NCBI GenBank assembly: GCA_000320545.1
Contig: ADNK01003312.1
Coordinates: 6,256-70,255, forward strand
From: Bigelowiella natans CCMP2755
Taxonomy: Eukaryota > Protista > Cercozoa
Reading direction: 5' to 3'
Length of the DNA: 64,000 bases
Every line of letters starts with the position of its first letter. Position 1 is the first letter of the stretch. The translations under genes and the position numbers were made by a program. The notes under the pieces were generated by a model. The model saw only the letters and a list, made by a program, of their open reading frames with translations. It had not been told where the DNA came from and ran no database searches. Shown here piece by piece: positions 27,460 to 42,189 of the stretch.

Positions 27460-28592
27460 TGTATTGTATCTAAGCTCATGGGATGATACAAGGAAGGTTT
27501 TTTTTCGCTTGTATGTGTGTCGTATGCGCGTAACACAGTAGGGTTAGCCTTTTTCCTTTTGCCGTCGTTGCTCATGCTCTGTATATGTCCTCCTACTGAT
27601 CGTTATATGTTGGAATCTGCTTCCCCGTTTCAACGACTACTTATTCTTTGATTCTTAGGGCACATGAGCTCAGGTTCACTCAAACCATAGAAAACGGGAA
27701 GGTAATGAGAATGTTGAAGGAGGGGGGGGGGGGTAACACGAAATGTAACACGAGGCCGATTAGTCACGATCACGTCTAAACATTGGCTATTTAGGTCATC
27801 CGAGAAGAGGAGGACTCAACGCTGAAACTTTTCATTCAGGTAAGCTTACAGCAACATCGACGCTCGCTGACATGAAATGCATCAAATATTAGGCTTGCTT
27901 TGACACGTGCAATTGTTCGGCTTTCGTCAAGTTCTTCCCGCATCATATCCTTTGTATCACGCAGAAAGGAACGGAGCTCGGTTTCTTCCTCCGGAGTGCC
28001 AGGGCGCATCGATTTCGGGGTTGTGGTTACGATGACCGCGACAACTTCCAATACGGTGATGAACACGACGCACGGAGTCAACTTATGAATGAAGAACCGT
28101 CGTATAACAGCATTTTCAAGATAAAGGCAGAGGTAATAGCATTGGCGTCTAGAATCTGCTTCATCAGGGACAGTGTAATGAGATAAGCACATATGTGAGG
28201 ATGTGAGAGCTAATACGTGGTTTTCATCGGCAAAGTCCCCCCAACTCTTACCCTCCTGAACGTATCTGCTGTGCTAGGCACCAAATTCAGCTGGGAATCA
28301 TCATGATGACAGTAAAGGCCACATAGTGACACTTGTCTTCAAGCGGTCCTGTCGTACGACAGCTACGAGGGCAAATAGCGAGAATAAAAAGACAGTTTCA
28401 AAGCAAAACAACGGAGCTGCTAAAGCTACTGCCGGGACTGCTGCTCCTGCTTCTGCTGCTGCTGGGAAATGCATTGATAGCGCCGATTATAATGGTGATG
28501 GTGGTGATGGTGGTAATGGTGATTCATCTCCTGCAGAGCTGTTGGCGACAAAGCCTACATCAAGGAAGAGGAAAAATCGGGTTCAGAGTTGA
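25180..28592 (+). CDS. Family-16 (METTL21/EEF1AKMT-like) seven-beta-strand protein methyltransferase
   Basis: Spliced motifs: ALWLWLPSK|ILTDEV; motif I NILELGAGAG|VVGIFISK; post-I VYITDR; LVWG; the family hallmark DxxY in FKLIMASDVCYDDDCVVPLWNTI; AHELRF. Ends RKRKNRVQS* at 28592. Substrate not assignable from the sequence. Confidence 0.88.
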
Positions 28593-29223
28593 ACGAAGCT
28601 GGCTATTCTTAGCTGCGTGCCATTCAATAAACCCAAACGACACATCGATCGATATGAAGCTAGCGCCGCCCAAAAGCGGTTCTAACACAATACGTACGGA
28701 TTATTTAAATGAGAAGAGTGTTGCTAGGTTGTTCTTGCATGCACGCCATAGGCGTATGTATGCTTACAAATCGAAAATGAGTTTTGACGTCGAAAACGTC
28801 GCTGACTGCTATCTAGCTATGTACAGCAACATGCAGTAGAATAAAGCGATGCTACTACTGAACATGTGCTGCTAACTCGTGGTTTTAAGACGTACATTAA
28901 ATGCAAATCATGCTTTCGTCATCACCTAATCCAACCCTGCTCGCGCAGGCCTGCTACTGACATGGAAATGCAAGCGTCAACGCTTTCTATAATAAGGAGG
29001 AGCTCCCAAAGAGCATGCACAAGTAAAATACGCCATTCTGAGCACGGTGTTGAATTTGTAGTGCCGCACAAGATTCTCGCTGCTCTATCAAGCGGCTGGC
29101 TGCATGAATGGAAAGTATTATGCTGGCAACTGAAGCAATACGAGACGTCAATTTAAATATATCTTGGTTGTGAAATGGCTTCATAGATTACTCTGTTTTA
29201 TCCGCTTCATTGTAAAACCCTCG

Positions 29224-30662
29224 TCAGCATAGTAGTAGAGTTCTACTTCGGTCGGGCAGCCCGTCAATCGAGTACTTCGTGGTCTGCGGAGGGATTAAGG
29301 AGGTGGATTTATGTGTCCAGCAATACCATCGTATATCGCATCAGTATTTATTTACTTTTGATATTTCGAAATTATTAGAGTGCCGTGTTCGGCATGTTAT
29401 TTTTATATGCCCATATATTGCTGGAGGGCATTAGGGATAGGCCAAAGTTAAAAAAGTAGGAAACGAATGTTATTCCGATTTTGTCAATTTTTCCGCTGAC
29501 CTTGGGCTGGATGTTTAACACATAGACAATGCCATGACTGTATAATTAAAAGGTTGATATGAAGAGTATCAGTTAAAAAGGTGTAATCAAACGTGTATAG
29601 CACAAAATAGCCTACGCCTATGAATTCCCCCCCCCCCTCCCCCCCCTCCGCTCTTTCACTTCGTTGAGCTAAAGCTTAAAAAAGACACAAAACTGATGCT
29701 TCTTTTCCTTCAAAGTGAGTACCGCACAAGCACACAGCGTCACCAAGATTCCAGCAAATACCGCACACAGCACCATTTTAAGCGTGGTTCCCTTCTGAAG
29801 GGGACAAACAATAATATTATTGGCGTTTTTAGGCTTGCCATTATTGTGCGTGCTGGTGGAGAACAGCATAACTTCTGCCAAAATTACTTGAGAAATCTGT
29901 CATTGTTTCCAATAGCAAAACACGTTGCAGAGCGTTTGCGTACAATAAGATCTACCTTGTCGTTGTTGGATCCTTGATGGTTGAGTGCTAGTTGCACGTT
30001 TGCCTGTAGAAAATACGACAAAATTAGTGATGTTTCATACTAATGCAGTTCAAAGAGCTCGTCACGCTTTCGATAATGAGAAAGCCAATCAAAGAAATTT
30101 TCGTCTTCTGTTGCCTTCCATACTCTCGTTGTCGATCGGTGTGAGAGTGTGAGTGTACACGGACCCAAGTTTCTAAGTGCTCCTCAATCAATGCCATTGA
30201 ATCCAAGACTGACGATGGTATTATTGAGGACAATGGCGATGGCAGCGACCCCGACGATGGTGGCGATGACGAATTCGACGACGATTCCAGGATTTCTTGC
30301 TCATTGGACTGCTGCAGTGTTTGTTTAGCTACAATGTGACTACTATCCGGCTTTAGAACCCCATTCTTTTCCTCGCGAATTAATTGCCGTCCGAAATCAA
30401 ATTCCTTTTGTGTCTCCACAGATTTTTCCGGTGATGAAGTGGGGGGGGGGGAAGACAAAGGAGTTTCCGAAAATGATGTTAAAGTCCCGTTAGCAATGTC
30501 GCTTCTCGGTGGCACCAAACTATTTGCATAAGCTTTGTTCCCTGTCCATGACCCCATCAACATCACGGTAGGTGAAAGGTCAGGGAGGAGGCAAAGTACT
30601 AGTAACCATGATGAAGGACGGAGGGAAAAGGTGCTGTCCCCCCACCCCATCTCCATCTCCAT
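29224..30662 (-). CDS. Hypothetical type I single-pass membrane protein with Ser/Pro-rich ectodomain
   Basis: Signal-like SWLLVLCLLP in a long first exon, S/P-rich region, TM MVLCAVFAGILVTLCACA. Phase-consistent tail SWHCLCVKHPAQ|AIYGHIK...ISK|TTKYSIDGLPDRSRTLLLC* (stop 29224). Confidence 0.65.
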
Positions 30663-31033
30663 CCGAGGTTTTCTTTCTTTAGAGCCAAAAACAGGGATAA
30701 TCTTCCATACGACAACAAAATCTCTTTGTCGTACGTGTAAAATACAACATGCCTATTGCGTCTTGCTAACAGTTATGTTTGACCTGGACCTGGACCTATC
30801 CTACGACGTATGGACAGTTGATCAGTTTCGGTCTCAGGAGATCAGTTTCGAGTGGAAGATGAAGGGCGTTTTTAATAGTTTTTTTTCCGCGCAAAAGCGA
30901 TCGTTTTTTTCGATGCGACAACGATTATTTCGATTCATTATTGAGCGCTCCGAGGCTGGAATGGATTCTCGACCTCGGTGACGCTCCGCCCTGTGTAGCT
31001 CGTCTGCCTCGAGAGCGGATCTTGCTAGGCGCA

Positions 31034-31819
31034 ATGGGAGGCATGTGCTGCTCCCAAAGATCCCCCAAACCGAAATGTACGCGAACTATTGAGCGCCACG
31101 CTGAAACGCGAAACCCCCCCCCCTCAGACATGTTCTCGTCCCACAGATGAATTTGGCTCGAAGAGGAGGACCGAGGACGAAAAGACTCCCTTTGAGAATG
31201 AACAGTTCAGATCTTTACACTGCACAACTCACCCTCCTCCCCCAACTGATGTTGCTGTGTACAGTAGGGGAGGTGGGGGCCTGAAGAGGCGAATCTCCTA
31301 CATTACAGGTTGTTCGGTGGTGTGTGTAGCATTGCTTTTTAATGATTTGTAGAAAAAGTGCTTCATCTTAATCCATATTGCTTTTCTAAGAGAATATATT
31401 TGTTACCCACCCCATGCCCCCCTCCTTGTCATTGATTCCAACCCAATGGAAGGCGATATTGCTGAGCACATCGTCCAGAACAGGTATTGATTAGTCTTTA
31501 ATATATGGTCTCAGCTCTCTCCCTTCCCACCTCCCTCTCGATCTCCCCCTCGCCGCTCTCTAAACCATGAAGCGACACGCCAGTGCAGCGCAACAACACA
31601 GACGAATCAATCAATCAAACAACTCGAATTCGATTTTCCTTATGTACTTCTTAAGATGGATGTTGGTGCGGCAACTCGATCTGGGATTGTCGTTATCTTC
31701 ATCGTTTTCATCATAATTCCATGTTCTCACTCGAATCGACGGTTGCAAACCATATTAGCTATGATACGCAAAGCCTATTGAAAGCAACAGAGGTACTTCT
31801 TGCGAAGTATATTTGGGTT

Positions 31820-31856
<37 letters not shown>

Positions 31857-31972
31857 CATAAGACCTGCCTTTCAAGAACAAATATTTTTTGTTTACACCG
31901 CTAGCCTTTGTGTTCTGATATTCTCTTTCCGCAACCCCCCCCCCACCCCACCCCACCTCTCGCTGAATCCAG

Positions 31973-32007
<35 letters not shown>

Positions 32008-32194
32008 TATCATCATAAAATCAGCATGATGTTTGAACACGTGAAACTAATGTAACAGGAGGGATGGCAGTTGGTTGTCCAGGCGCTTATGGTGGTTCTC
32101 CTCGACGAAGAGAGCAACAACACAATCACAAAGTAAAACCTAATACTAATCCACTGCTGCAATGCCTATTCACATACGTTTTATGATTTTTGCC

Positions 32195-32233
<39 letters not shown>

Positions 32234-32452
32234 TCTCTTTCTCTTTCGCTCTCTCTCCATTGCTCGGTGCTACGATATAGACCAATGATCACGTGGGTAC
32301 GGAATCATATAATTCTTCATGGAGCTCCCCAGTAATCATCAAATCCTCCAAACAACATAACGCATTGTTTCACACAGTAAATACTGTACTGACGAAAAGC
32401 GCATAGAAGTCCGGATTGGGGCACCCTTATCATCTTAACCATATCAATTGCA

Positions 32453-32492
<40 letters not shown>

Positions 32493-32725
32493 TCCTTTTC
32501 TCTTTCTCTTCCTTGTTGTTTTTGGAATGTTCAGGTCATGTTTGGGGTGCATTGACAACTTCGAGGCCAAAGAATGGGGGAAGGAAAGTCAGCCCTCCAC
32601 TCGCACATTAGCCATAGGAATAGCCGATCGATCACCCAAATTGCAGCAGGGCACATCAGCCTAATTATGAATGATATAACGACGATATATCAACGTATAA
32701 AGGCATTACCTTTTTTTTTTGGTAC

Positions 32726-32776
<51 letters not shown>

Positions 32777-33145
32777 TCTCGTTCACTGTGTGTGTGTGTG
32801 TGTGTGTGTGTAGACAGCCAGCTGATGTATACTTGCTAGTAACTAAGCTAATGATGGCTATGTGATTCACTTGGAAGTATTTTTATATCAGGGATACGAA
32901 AGCTGTTCAGCCAAAAAGTCGTCGTAAAGATGCGATACGTAAGAAGGAGGAGTGCCATTGTATTCTATATCATTGTGCATAACACCACCGTGCCAATCGA
33001 GCCGCATTTTATTCTGAGTCTCCAATATTTTCATGTCTTTTGGGCGCTATTTCAATGGTGTTTGGCCGCTACTTGCTTGTTTCCTATCAAAAAAGGTCAT
33101 CGTTTATATCTTCTTGAAGATGTACCAGGTTGCAGTTGGAAGTAG
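31034..33145 (+). CDS. Hypothetical protein with N-myristoylation/palmitoylation-type start
   Basis: [14 protein letters not shown]|[20 protein letters not shown] at the 5' end and [16 protein letters not shown]|[15 protein letters not shown] at the 3' end. Middle exons only partly resolved. Confidence 0.5.
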
Positions 33146-34068
33146 CAATGAGAAAGAATGGCATGCCATGTCGTGTACTCGTCGTCGTTGTCGCCCTTTT
33201 CGCCGGTTCAAGCAGAATAATGGAGGGCTGCAAACGTGAAGTGAAAGTGGGAAATCGTTCGTGCCTTTTGGCTCTGATGCCTAGCATATTCGTTCCCCGC
33301 CACTTAGGCGATGAACATTGATGGAAGTCGACTTCTACCGGTGCTAGTGTTTGAGGTGCTGGTGGTTCATGAGCTTGTTCCGATGAGAATGATGATGATG
33401 ACGATGACGATGATGATGCAATTTGATGTTTGATTTCATTCTGTAAAGTAAATGATGCGAGCGATGATGATCATGTCGTGAAGAGGCTATTGGTTATGAT
33501 GAGGCTGCTACTAGCCGTCTTTGTTATATAAAAATGCGTGTGAGATAACTATTATAGTGACCTCTACCATCAGCATATATTATCATCGTCATCATCGTCG
33601 TGAGTGGCCGCAATTCGTTTTTTCTAGCAATAATTTTTTTAAAGAACCCCCCCCTTTGACATTTACCATCATCATCATTATCATCATCATCATCATCATC
33701 ATCATTACCGTCACCACCTCCACCGCTCATTGCGACTCCCCCCCCCCCCCTCCCTCTACACGCCTACCATCGGTGTGCCCTGTCAGGAATTATCGGTAAA
33801 ACCGGAAACAGTAAGCCGTATTCGGGATCTGATCGACCACGAAACGTGAGCTTTTAGTCCATTTTTTTAAATTGTGTCTACTAAATATGAACCAACTGCA
33901 AACGTGCACGTTGAAAGGACGACGGTCGTTGCATTGGCTCACGCACCCTTCCCTCCTTCACCCCCACCCCCTCCCTCTCTTTTCCTTTTCCTTTTGCAGA
34001 TTCAACAAAAAGGAGAGAGTGGCTCTCCTATTTCCAGACGGCCGACATGTACGTTTGTTGTGGTTGTT

Positions 34069-34101
<33 letters not shown>

Positions 34102-34185
34102 GCGTGATCGGAATCAGTCATATCGCGTAGTCGTGGATGAATAGCCACGCTCATACATACTCAGTATTCTATGAGTATACACGTG

Positions 34186-34225
<40 letters not shown>

Positions 34226-34332
34226 AGGCCTAATTACTTTTCAATGGGTATTTGTTCGTGTGCGTGTTTGTCTTTTATGCGAGCAGATCAAGACAAGAAT
34301 TGGTGGAAATTCTTCTCATGGTGTTAATACTA

Positions 34333-34375
<43 letters not shown>

Positions 34376-35636
34376 CTTTCTCTTTCTCTTTCTCTATCCC
34401 CCGCCCCCTCCCTTCCCTATCGTGTGTGGCATGTATTTGGAAGTGATACGTATTCCTTTATCATATGTGTGCGTAGGTGGAGGTTTACCGCAGCAATCAT
34501 CGTCTCATTCGTCAGCTACGGAGCAATTCCATATGATCTAGTGACATGAGTATTGGCAGTATTGACAAAAGTAGTATTGACAAATAGCTGCTAGAGACTA
34601 TGTGGAAAACGGCTTTTGGCATTACTTGACATTTGATGCATCGAAAGTACATGCACTCGGCGAAATGCCCACAACTTTACACATAGCATCTGCTAGACGT
34701 GCTATCGCGGGTGTGCGTGTATGCGTACTAGCGTATCCCTCAGCAGCTGCGCATGCAATCAAAGCTAGAAAGCTGCGTACAGGCATTTTTTTGTTGCTTT
34801 GGAAAATGAGAAATAAAAGATTTTTGCTTACTACAGCAAAACGCAAATGCAATTATTGAGCAATATAGTAACATTTATTAAAATTCATAAAAGATGTGCT
34901 ATTCCTGGCTGCTAGATCGAGTTATAGAGTGGTTACAACTTCATTTAGTCATGCTCGCCAGGTGCTTGTTATTATGTAAACATTAACTAGACATTGCAGC
35001 AAACGCTGATACTGTAATGGCGCAGCGCTTTACTCCGCAAACTATCTAGGTATAGCTCCAGATCTGGTCTGGTGGTATGCGTGTTGTTGCGATGATCTAC
35101 ACCTAGGTATCATCTGCATGCGCGAACTGTTAATGTGATAATCTTGACCTACGAATGCTTCGGCCGCGGTCGTCAGTGTATCTTATTCGTAACTATTATT
35201 GTGCTGCTGGTATGCTAGGTGCAGCATATTAAACTTAACAGATGACGAAGATGTGCTTGTGAGTCTATGAGCACTCTCATCGCCAGAGATAATAAGTGGG
35301 CTGGATAATGCAGATAAACTAGTAAAACGGCGTCTCGGAATCATGCAAAATACTGAAACAAACTCGTTCAGCTTGATAGCAGAAAGCACAACAATGAAGC
35401 AACTGTTGCTACTACCCCTATCTCCCCCCACCCCATCCCGTTTCTTCTCCTCCTCCTCCTCCTCCTCGTCGTCGTCGTCGTCGTGTATCATTGCCACTCC
35501 GAAACCCTACTCATCGTTCTCAATATGATTGACTTTACTCAGCTCTTGGGCGATGTAACTTGACTTGGGGAGGGGGTTCCACCGGTCACAACCTTAATAA
35601 CAACCCCGCAGTATCAGAATTATATGTGCGCAAACT

Positions 35637-35700
<64 letters not shown>

Positions 35701-35880
35701 ATATTTGTCACTTCATCCATCATGATTATCATCGTTATCACCAACCTTATCAGATTTAGTTCTATCCCACGATTCGGTCTGCCTTTCATGCCAAAGCTCA
35801 AAATTCCACAGGTACTGTGTACTTCCTGATGGTGGAGGGGGCGGAAATCAGGGTGTAGCACACACATACCCCCCCCCCCC

Positions 35881-35930
<50 letters not shown>

Positions 35931-37064
35931 CACGGTATTAATAGCTCTTCACAGTATTCTGTAGATCTATGCACAGTAACGGCATGGGTGAGAGAGAGGG
36001 AGAGGGAGAGAGCTATATTCACAGGAAACATTAACGACGATAACATCAAAGCCAGTGCTTCTTACAAGGAGTTGTTCAAAAAGGACAAGGGCTACTACTA
36101 CTACTACTACTGCTACTACAACCTCTAACTTTCGCCATTATCCGCAATGGCTGCCCTGCTAAGTACGAGGTCAAATCGAACCTCTTTCCGAGAATCTTAA
36201 TAGTGTACGCATGGAGCAGCAGCATGGGTTAGAGGTGCTCATATCTAGTTGTTGTTGTTGCTGCTGCTGCTGGATACGTCAAATTCGAAACGTTCATAGC
36301 TGCTGTGTGGAAATCACCGTCATCGTCATCATCATCATCATCTGAAACCGTGATGATAAATGAATAAATAAATAAATATGTACATACTACCGCAAGTCTC
36401 AGGTCCTCAAGAATCAGCTTGTCATTGTAGAAATCAAACGTATAGATCTGTAGGAGGGGGGAGAGCATGAAGAGGAGGGTTATAGCATATCTATTATATT
36501 GTATAATAAATGAATAAATTTAATTTTTTTCTCACAGGCAGTGATATTTTCTCGAAATTTTGATTTTGAGGTGAGAGATGTTGCTGCTGGTGCTAGTGGA
36601 TGTTTTCCCTTCACTTACTTACCACGTCGGTGTCAAAAGAAAACTTCTCCAGATTTGTAATTTTGTTGAAATATTTCCTGGTTTCGCCCAGGATAAGAAA
36701 AGAGCAAGAGCATAGTGGGGGTAGGGGATAGGGAAAGGAGATTGTGGAAATATACACAAAGATATTTATGAGTAAAATATGAAAATGAGGAGAGACAATG
36801 CCCTGGTAATGATAGCAGCAGCAAGTTGTAATATCTACTAGCCATCAATCGTATGCATGAATTGCATGCATATTCGCTTGTTACGCGATCATCATCATTA
36901 TCATCATCATTAGAATCGTCATCATCGGCATTATCACCATCACCGTTATTACGAATCAATTTGGCCAACATCATCGCATTACTTCCTCCAAATAATTCTT
37001 CTTTCCATATCGGGATACTTCGTAAACGAATCTGCGAGCTCTCCTCCCAACGCACGCATATCCT

Positions 37065-37107
<43 letters not shown>

Positions 37108-39529
37108 ACAGTGTCAGAAATGAACGGCGAGTTCAAGATTAACGATAAACTCGACGGATGGGTGCAAAAGGGCAGAAAACATCTATGGTTTTTGATCTTG
37201 ACCACACGGATCTTCATGTTAAATCGGGATGTTTGTACTGCTTGATCTCTCATCATGAAATCGAGCAGTGATACTATCTTCTCCTTTCCTCAAAACATAC
37301 GCTTACACCTCTTGAATTCGTGCTGTAGTTGACAGAGTCGGAGCTGATTTTTCGTCTTTACTTATATTGATTATCTGTGAGGTATTTATATAGCTGCAGT
37401 TAAATTGTCAGGACGCTTATACAAGGCGATCTCTCATCATGCTAGTTTTGGCCTTCCCGCAAAACAGAAAATCTCTTGAATGACAATGAGCTACTGAGAA
37501 TGCATGATGGTGTCAAGGTGATGAGGGGGGGAGGGATTCATTGTCGCTGCCGTGTGATATGAAAGTTATTATCATTATTATTATTATCATTATTATTATA
37601 ATTATCGATTTTTTCGGTGATAAAGGAGATAGATGTTCCTCTATATTCTGTGCTTATGCACCGACAGAGGCTGTGGCGGCCATTGGACTCATGAAATGCG
37701 TTGCGTTCGGTATCATCTCTTTCTCGTTCTCAGCGACAATATTGGCCTCCATACTGTGTGACATTATGCAATGCCAATCAACGAGATGTGATGATGATGG
37801 TGACGACGATATAGATGTACATCTGATGCTATCCCTAAGTTTGAGATGCAACATTGACAGTAGGCTTGATGATGATAAATGGAATCTTTCTCTATTTTTG
37901 ATATAATCATCCGTGTGTGCGTCTGCGCGTGCATGTGTAGTTTTCCTTGATTTTTCCGATTCGACAATGACCTTGGGGATAGGGTTTTGAAAAGGGCGAA
38001 GGCAGCCTTGGTGATAAAGTACCCAGGGCTTTTAACCTTGATAATAGAACAACACACTTTCTATCTGCCCGCCGTCGTCGTCGTCGTTGTCGTCGTTGTT
38101 CATTGATGATGTTAACCACTCGGATGGTGAACGACGACGACACAAAATTTCATCGACTGCTCGAAATCTACATCACCATTCTCAGCATCATCAGCATCAT
38201 CAGCATCATCATCATCAGCATCATCATCTTAGCAATCTGTCTATATTTTAGATCAAATAAAGCTGGGAGCAACCGCGTACCGGATGACAGAACTCCTGCC
38301 CAGTGAGCACGTCTCTGAAGCTAATCTTCTTCTTGAATTTTCCTAATTGGACACCGGTTTGAGGAGGGTCATAAGAGATCATAACGGTAGCAATGGTAAC
38401 AGCGAGTCGATGAGAGACGCAAAAGATTTATGTGGAGAGTCGCCAACGAGCAATGCTGCCATTGTATGCAACTATCAATATCTGGCGACGATGAAGAATG
38501 GGTACAGTTGAGAAATTGACTCCGTTGCAATTTATCATCATCCCATTCCGCTTTATCTGTGTTGGACCCCACGTTGTATGTAGTACCTTGAACTAATACG
38601 GAAGATAATCGTCGCTTGCCCTTACCACAACAGGCACTCGAATAAGTGATGGTATTTCACATGATATAAGTCTAATTGACATTGGAAATGGTCGACACGA
38701 GGCATAAAAGGTCTCCTGAGAACAACCTTGTAAACTACGAAGAACCCATCGTATATCGGCATCATCATCATCATCATCACCATCATCATCATCAGAATGA
38801 GCAGGGTCTACACCATGCTACTACCTTGAAGTATTCTTTTGTCTCTTCAGATGGAATCCGTAATATCCCCTTTCCAGAAAACGTCGATGTCTCTGATGAA
38901 TGCAATTTAAAGAAGGCGTTGGAGCAGCCTCACTTTCTCACCTTCCGAACATAAGCTAGGAGCGATTGCTTACCAAATGTAAAGGCTTCTGTATTCACGG
39001 GAAGGCCTCCCTGAGCAACCTCCTTCTCCCCAGTCCTCTTCAAAGCTTTTTTGTTAGGTAGGTCAATGTGCAGGCGTTATCGATTTACTACTGGGTTGTA
39101 TGTAGTTTTAGTGTTTCTATCTAGAGTTCTTTGCGAGGTAAATGTTTACATTGAATATGGCAGTGTATAGATGCATTTTCCATGGCAAAGGTGAAACAAC
39201 CAATGAGTCGAAAAAGGAGTTATTTTTCGGAGGATCGATCTACCTAGGTATTTGCTTTCTACATTTTCTTCGAATCGTCCCCTAATCAAAGATACGTATT
39301 TACAATAATCATCGAGACTGTATTTTCATGAACGGAATGCACACTCGAGGTTGCTGCTGCTGCGTATTTTTGTGATTTTACGCTTGATGTGGTGACTACT
39401 TCACATCGGAAGCACTAGAACCACTAAAGGAAGAGAGTAACCCCCAAGGGCGCATTCAAATCGGTGTATTTCCATCATAAACGGCACGTATACACCATCG
39501 ACAAAGGTCAGACAGAGATATAGTTTGTA

Positions 39530-39612
<83 letters not shown>

Positions 39613-40187
39613 CGCACACGTAAAAATGAATGATGACGAAAACACGCAAATTAATGCCTTGTGTACAAAGAATATGAATCCCTCTTTTTATCTACACGCC
39701 CCCCCTCCCCGCATCCTCTCATATCTCTCGTGTCAATGGTGTTACAAGAGGAAAGTCTCCTCTTTCACGCCCACAGAGTACAAACACAGCTTATAATAAC
39801 TCCCTATTTATTTTTTAAAAGACAGAGGGAAAAGCGCATTGATAATGTTTTTGACCACGCCGGCTGCAGGTTCCCTGTAACGTTATGGCAGCTTCCACTG
39901 AGACGGAAGAGTAGAGGTCTGAGAGAGCAACAACTCATCGCATATAACAAACACCGGATAGGAAATGAAAGTTTCACACCTAGTTTTCCATGTTGAAGGA
40001 TGCGGCAAGGCGTTGGGACAGAACCCTCCCACTGTTGCGTACTTCTGAGAACAGACATGCTCTTTTTCTAAGCTTCCATTCGCCCACAATTGAACGGGAA
40101 AGGGAGCACCTCAAATTTGGGGTCCGTCTTAACGTGGACGGTGTTCTCCTTTGTGACCTCCCCTCTCTTGTTGCACTTTTGACTCAT
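33087..40187 (-). CDS. Large hypothetical multi-exon gene (possibly two tandem genes)
   Basis: First exons MSQKCNKRGEVTKENTVHVKTDPKFE|KYATVGGFCPNALPHPSTWKTR|PLLFRLSG. Many AG/GT-bounded open blocks, e.g. GSTQYLWNFELWHERQ at ~35750-35825. Terminal 118-codon exon 33087-33440 ends [23 protein letters not shown]. No family recognised. Confidence 0.42.
39531..39608. repeat. (CA)39 microsatellite, the longest in the window
   Basis: 78 bp perfect CA run. Representative of dozens of intronic (CA)n, (TA)n, (GA)n, (CAT)n, (CTA)n and poly-G/C tracts. Confidence 0.97.
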
Positions 40188-40650
40188 AGCAGTTTGAGCT
40201 TTGAAGGAAGTAGGGTGTACGACTTTCGTAGTATCGACTAATAAGAGGTGGGGTTTGAGGCTGTCGCATTCGATGAAATCGCCTTTATTTCCGCCTTTTC
40301 GTACGCATCACACGCGAATAAAAAGGTCTAGTCTGGCTCGAGCCACTGGGAAATGACCTGCGAAAATGAAAATATCGAGGAAACCTGGGTGATTTTGCCG
40401 ACAATAGGAAAAAGTTCATATAGGCAAAAAATAACCAGTCTAAGCACTATTAAATGACGTGCTTAAATTGGGATTCAGCATCAAAAATATTCCCAGTAAA
40501 AGAAAAAAAGTATGTCAGTATTTTACGGTTTTACAAGTATATTTTATTTCTTAAGTGAAGTTACTGCTACAACATCTTTCGCAATAACTCTCGACAGACA
40601 CGTGGAGGAATGGGGCTCGCCAACTAACAGAATACTAATTCCTGTCACCA

Positions 40651-42151
40651 ATGCCGTTGATGTCAAAGAGAGGGGTTGGGGTGGTTTTCACGGTGTTATG
40701 CATATGCTATTTTTCGTTTCATCCGAAGAATATGCTAGAGATGACAAGCACTCCGAGGGTATTAAGGTAGCTCGCATCCCCTTAACCGAACCAGAATGAG
40801 AGACTGGGACTAAGAATCTCATTGTCCACAGGGATAGGCTATCTTCGTCCAGACTATTGATTACCAAATCTCCAAGCTTTTCTGGAAAACGAATGCTCAT
40901 CGCTGCGAAAGCAAAATATGCACCCGTCCTGGAGGTAAGGCGCAAAGCGACGAGGATACAGTGCTGTCGTGATGACATACTACCGTTTATTATTCCAGAT
41001 CGAAGGGGAGTGGGACTTCTGGAAACTCGACTCGGCGGTGAAAGCAATAAAGGAAGGGGGCATTGTGGTCCTCCCAACAGACTCATGCTACACTTTCGTG
41101 GCGGGTATTTCGATAAATGTTTTTTTAATAATCATTTTCCTCGGTCCGCAGTTATCATGATTTTTTATGCTATTAGATGTAAACTCTCGTGACGCGGTCC
41201 AGCGCATTTACACTATAAAAGGTCGGTAGTTTTTTCCAATTTTCAGTTCTTTTTGTTGCAAGAGGTAATATTCAGTAAGTATAAAATGTGTGATGCACAT
41301 CCATACATGCACACATAATGTATATTATTTCCCTCTGTTTATATTTGAACTCTAAGATATCGCTTTACGACAGATATGAAGGATCCAATAACTGCAAAGC
41401 CACTGTCCCTACTATGCCACTCTATCTCGCAAGTAGAACCAATTCAATCGCATAGAAACAACGAGTTTGATGGGTGCGAGGTAAGCTCTGAAATTGCTTT
41501 TGTGCCCTATTATAGATCTCAGAATACACTTCGGGGCTATCATCGCGCTCGGCCTTCAAGATCATCAAACAGTCGCTACCAGGACCCTACACCTTTATTC
41601 TCCCGGCGTCTAATAAACTGCCGAAGATCATCATTGAGCACAAAGAGCATAAACGGGTAGAAATGATGATTTTCAAGCGATTCAATGTCCTCCGATGCGA
41701 CACCACAAGACGGGTTTCATTTTAGTTTTCAGTAATGCTTTAGTGAATACCGCTTATCTCTGATTTTATACATGGATGTGCCTACAATTTACATCGAAAA
41801 TGCGAATACAGGGCTGGAGACGGAAAGAGATAGGCGTGAGGATGCCAAAAGAACCTATCGTCCTTGAATTTCTCAAAGTGGGTTAAAATTTAGAGAGCAA
41901 GGATTTTTCTGAAACTGATGAAAAACATTTCGGCTTTGCGACGGCTAGTTTCACTCACTATTTCCTCTAAACAGCTTCTTGATAATCCAGTACTGTGCTC
42001 CAGTGTTCCCGTAAGCAATCACATCCCATAACACATCTGCTGAACAAATGACCGAAAAAAGAGATGATGAACAACACCGCTCATTTGTGTAGGTATCACG
42101 AGACAGCAAGATTCTAGCTACGGTGATACAGGAACCTCTCCCCCCTCCCCC

Positions 42152-42189
<38 letters not shown>

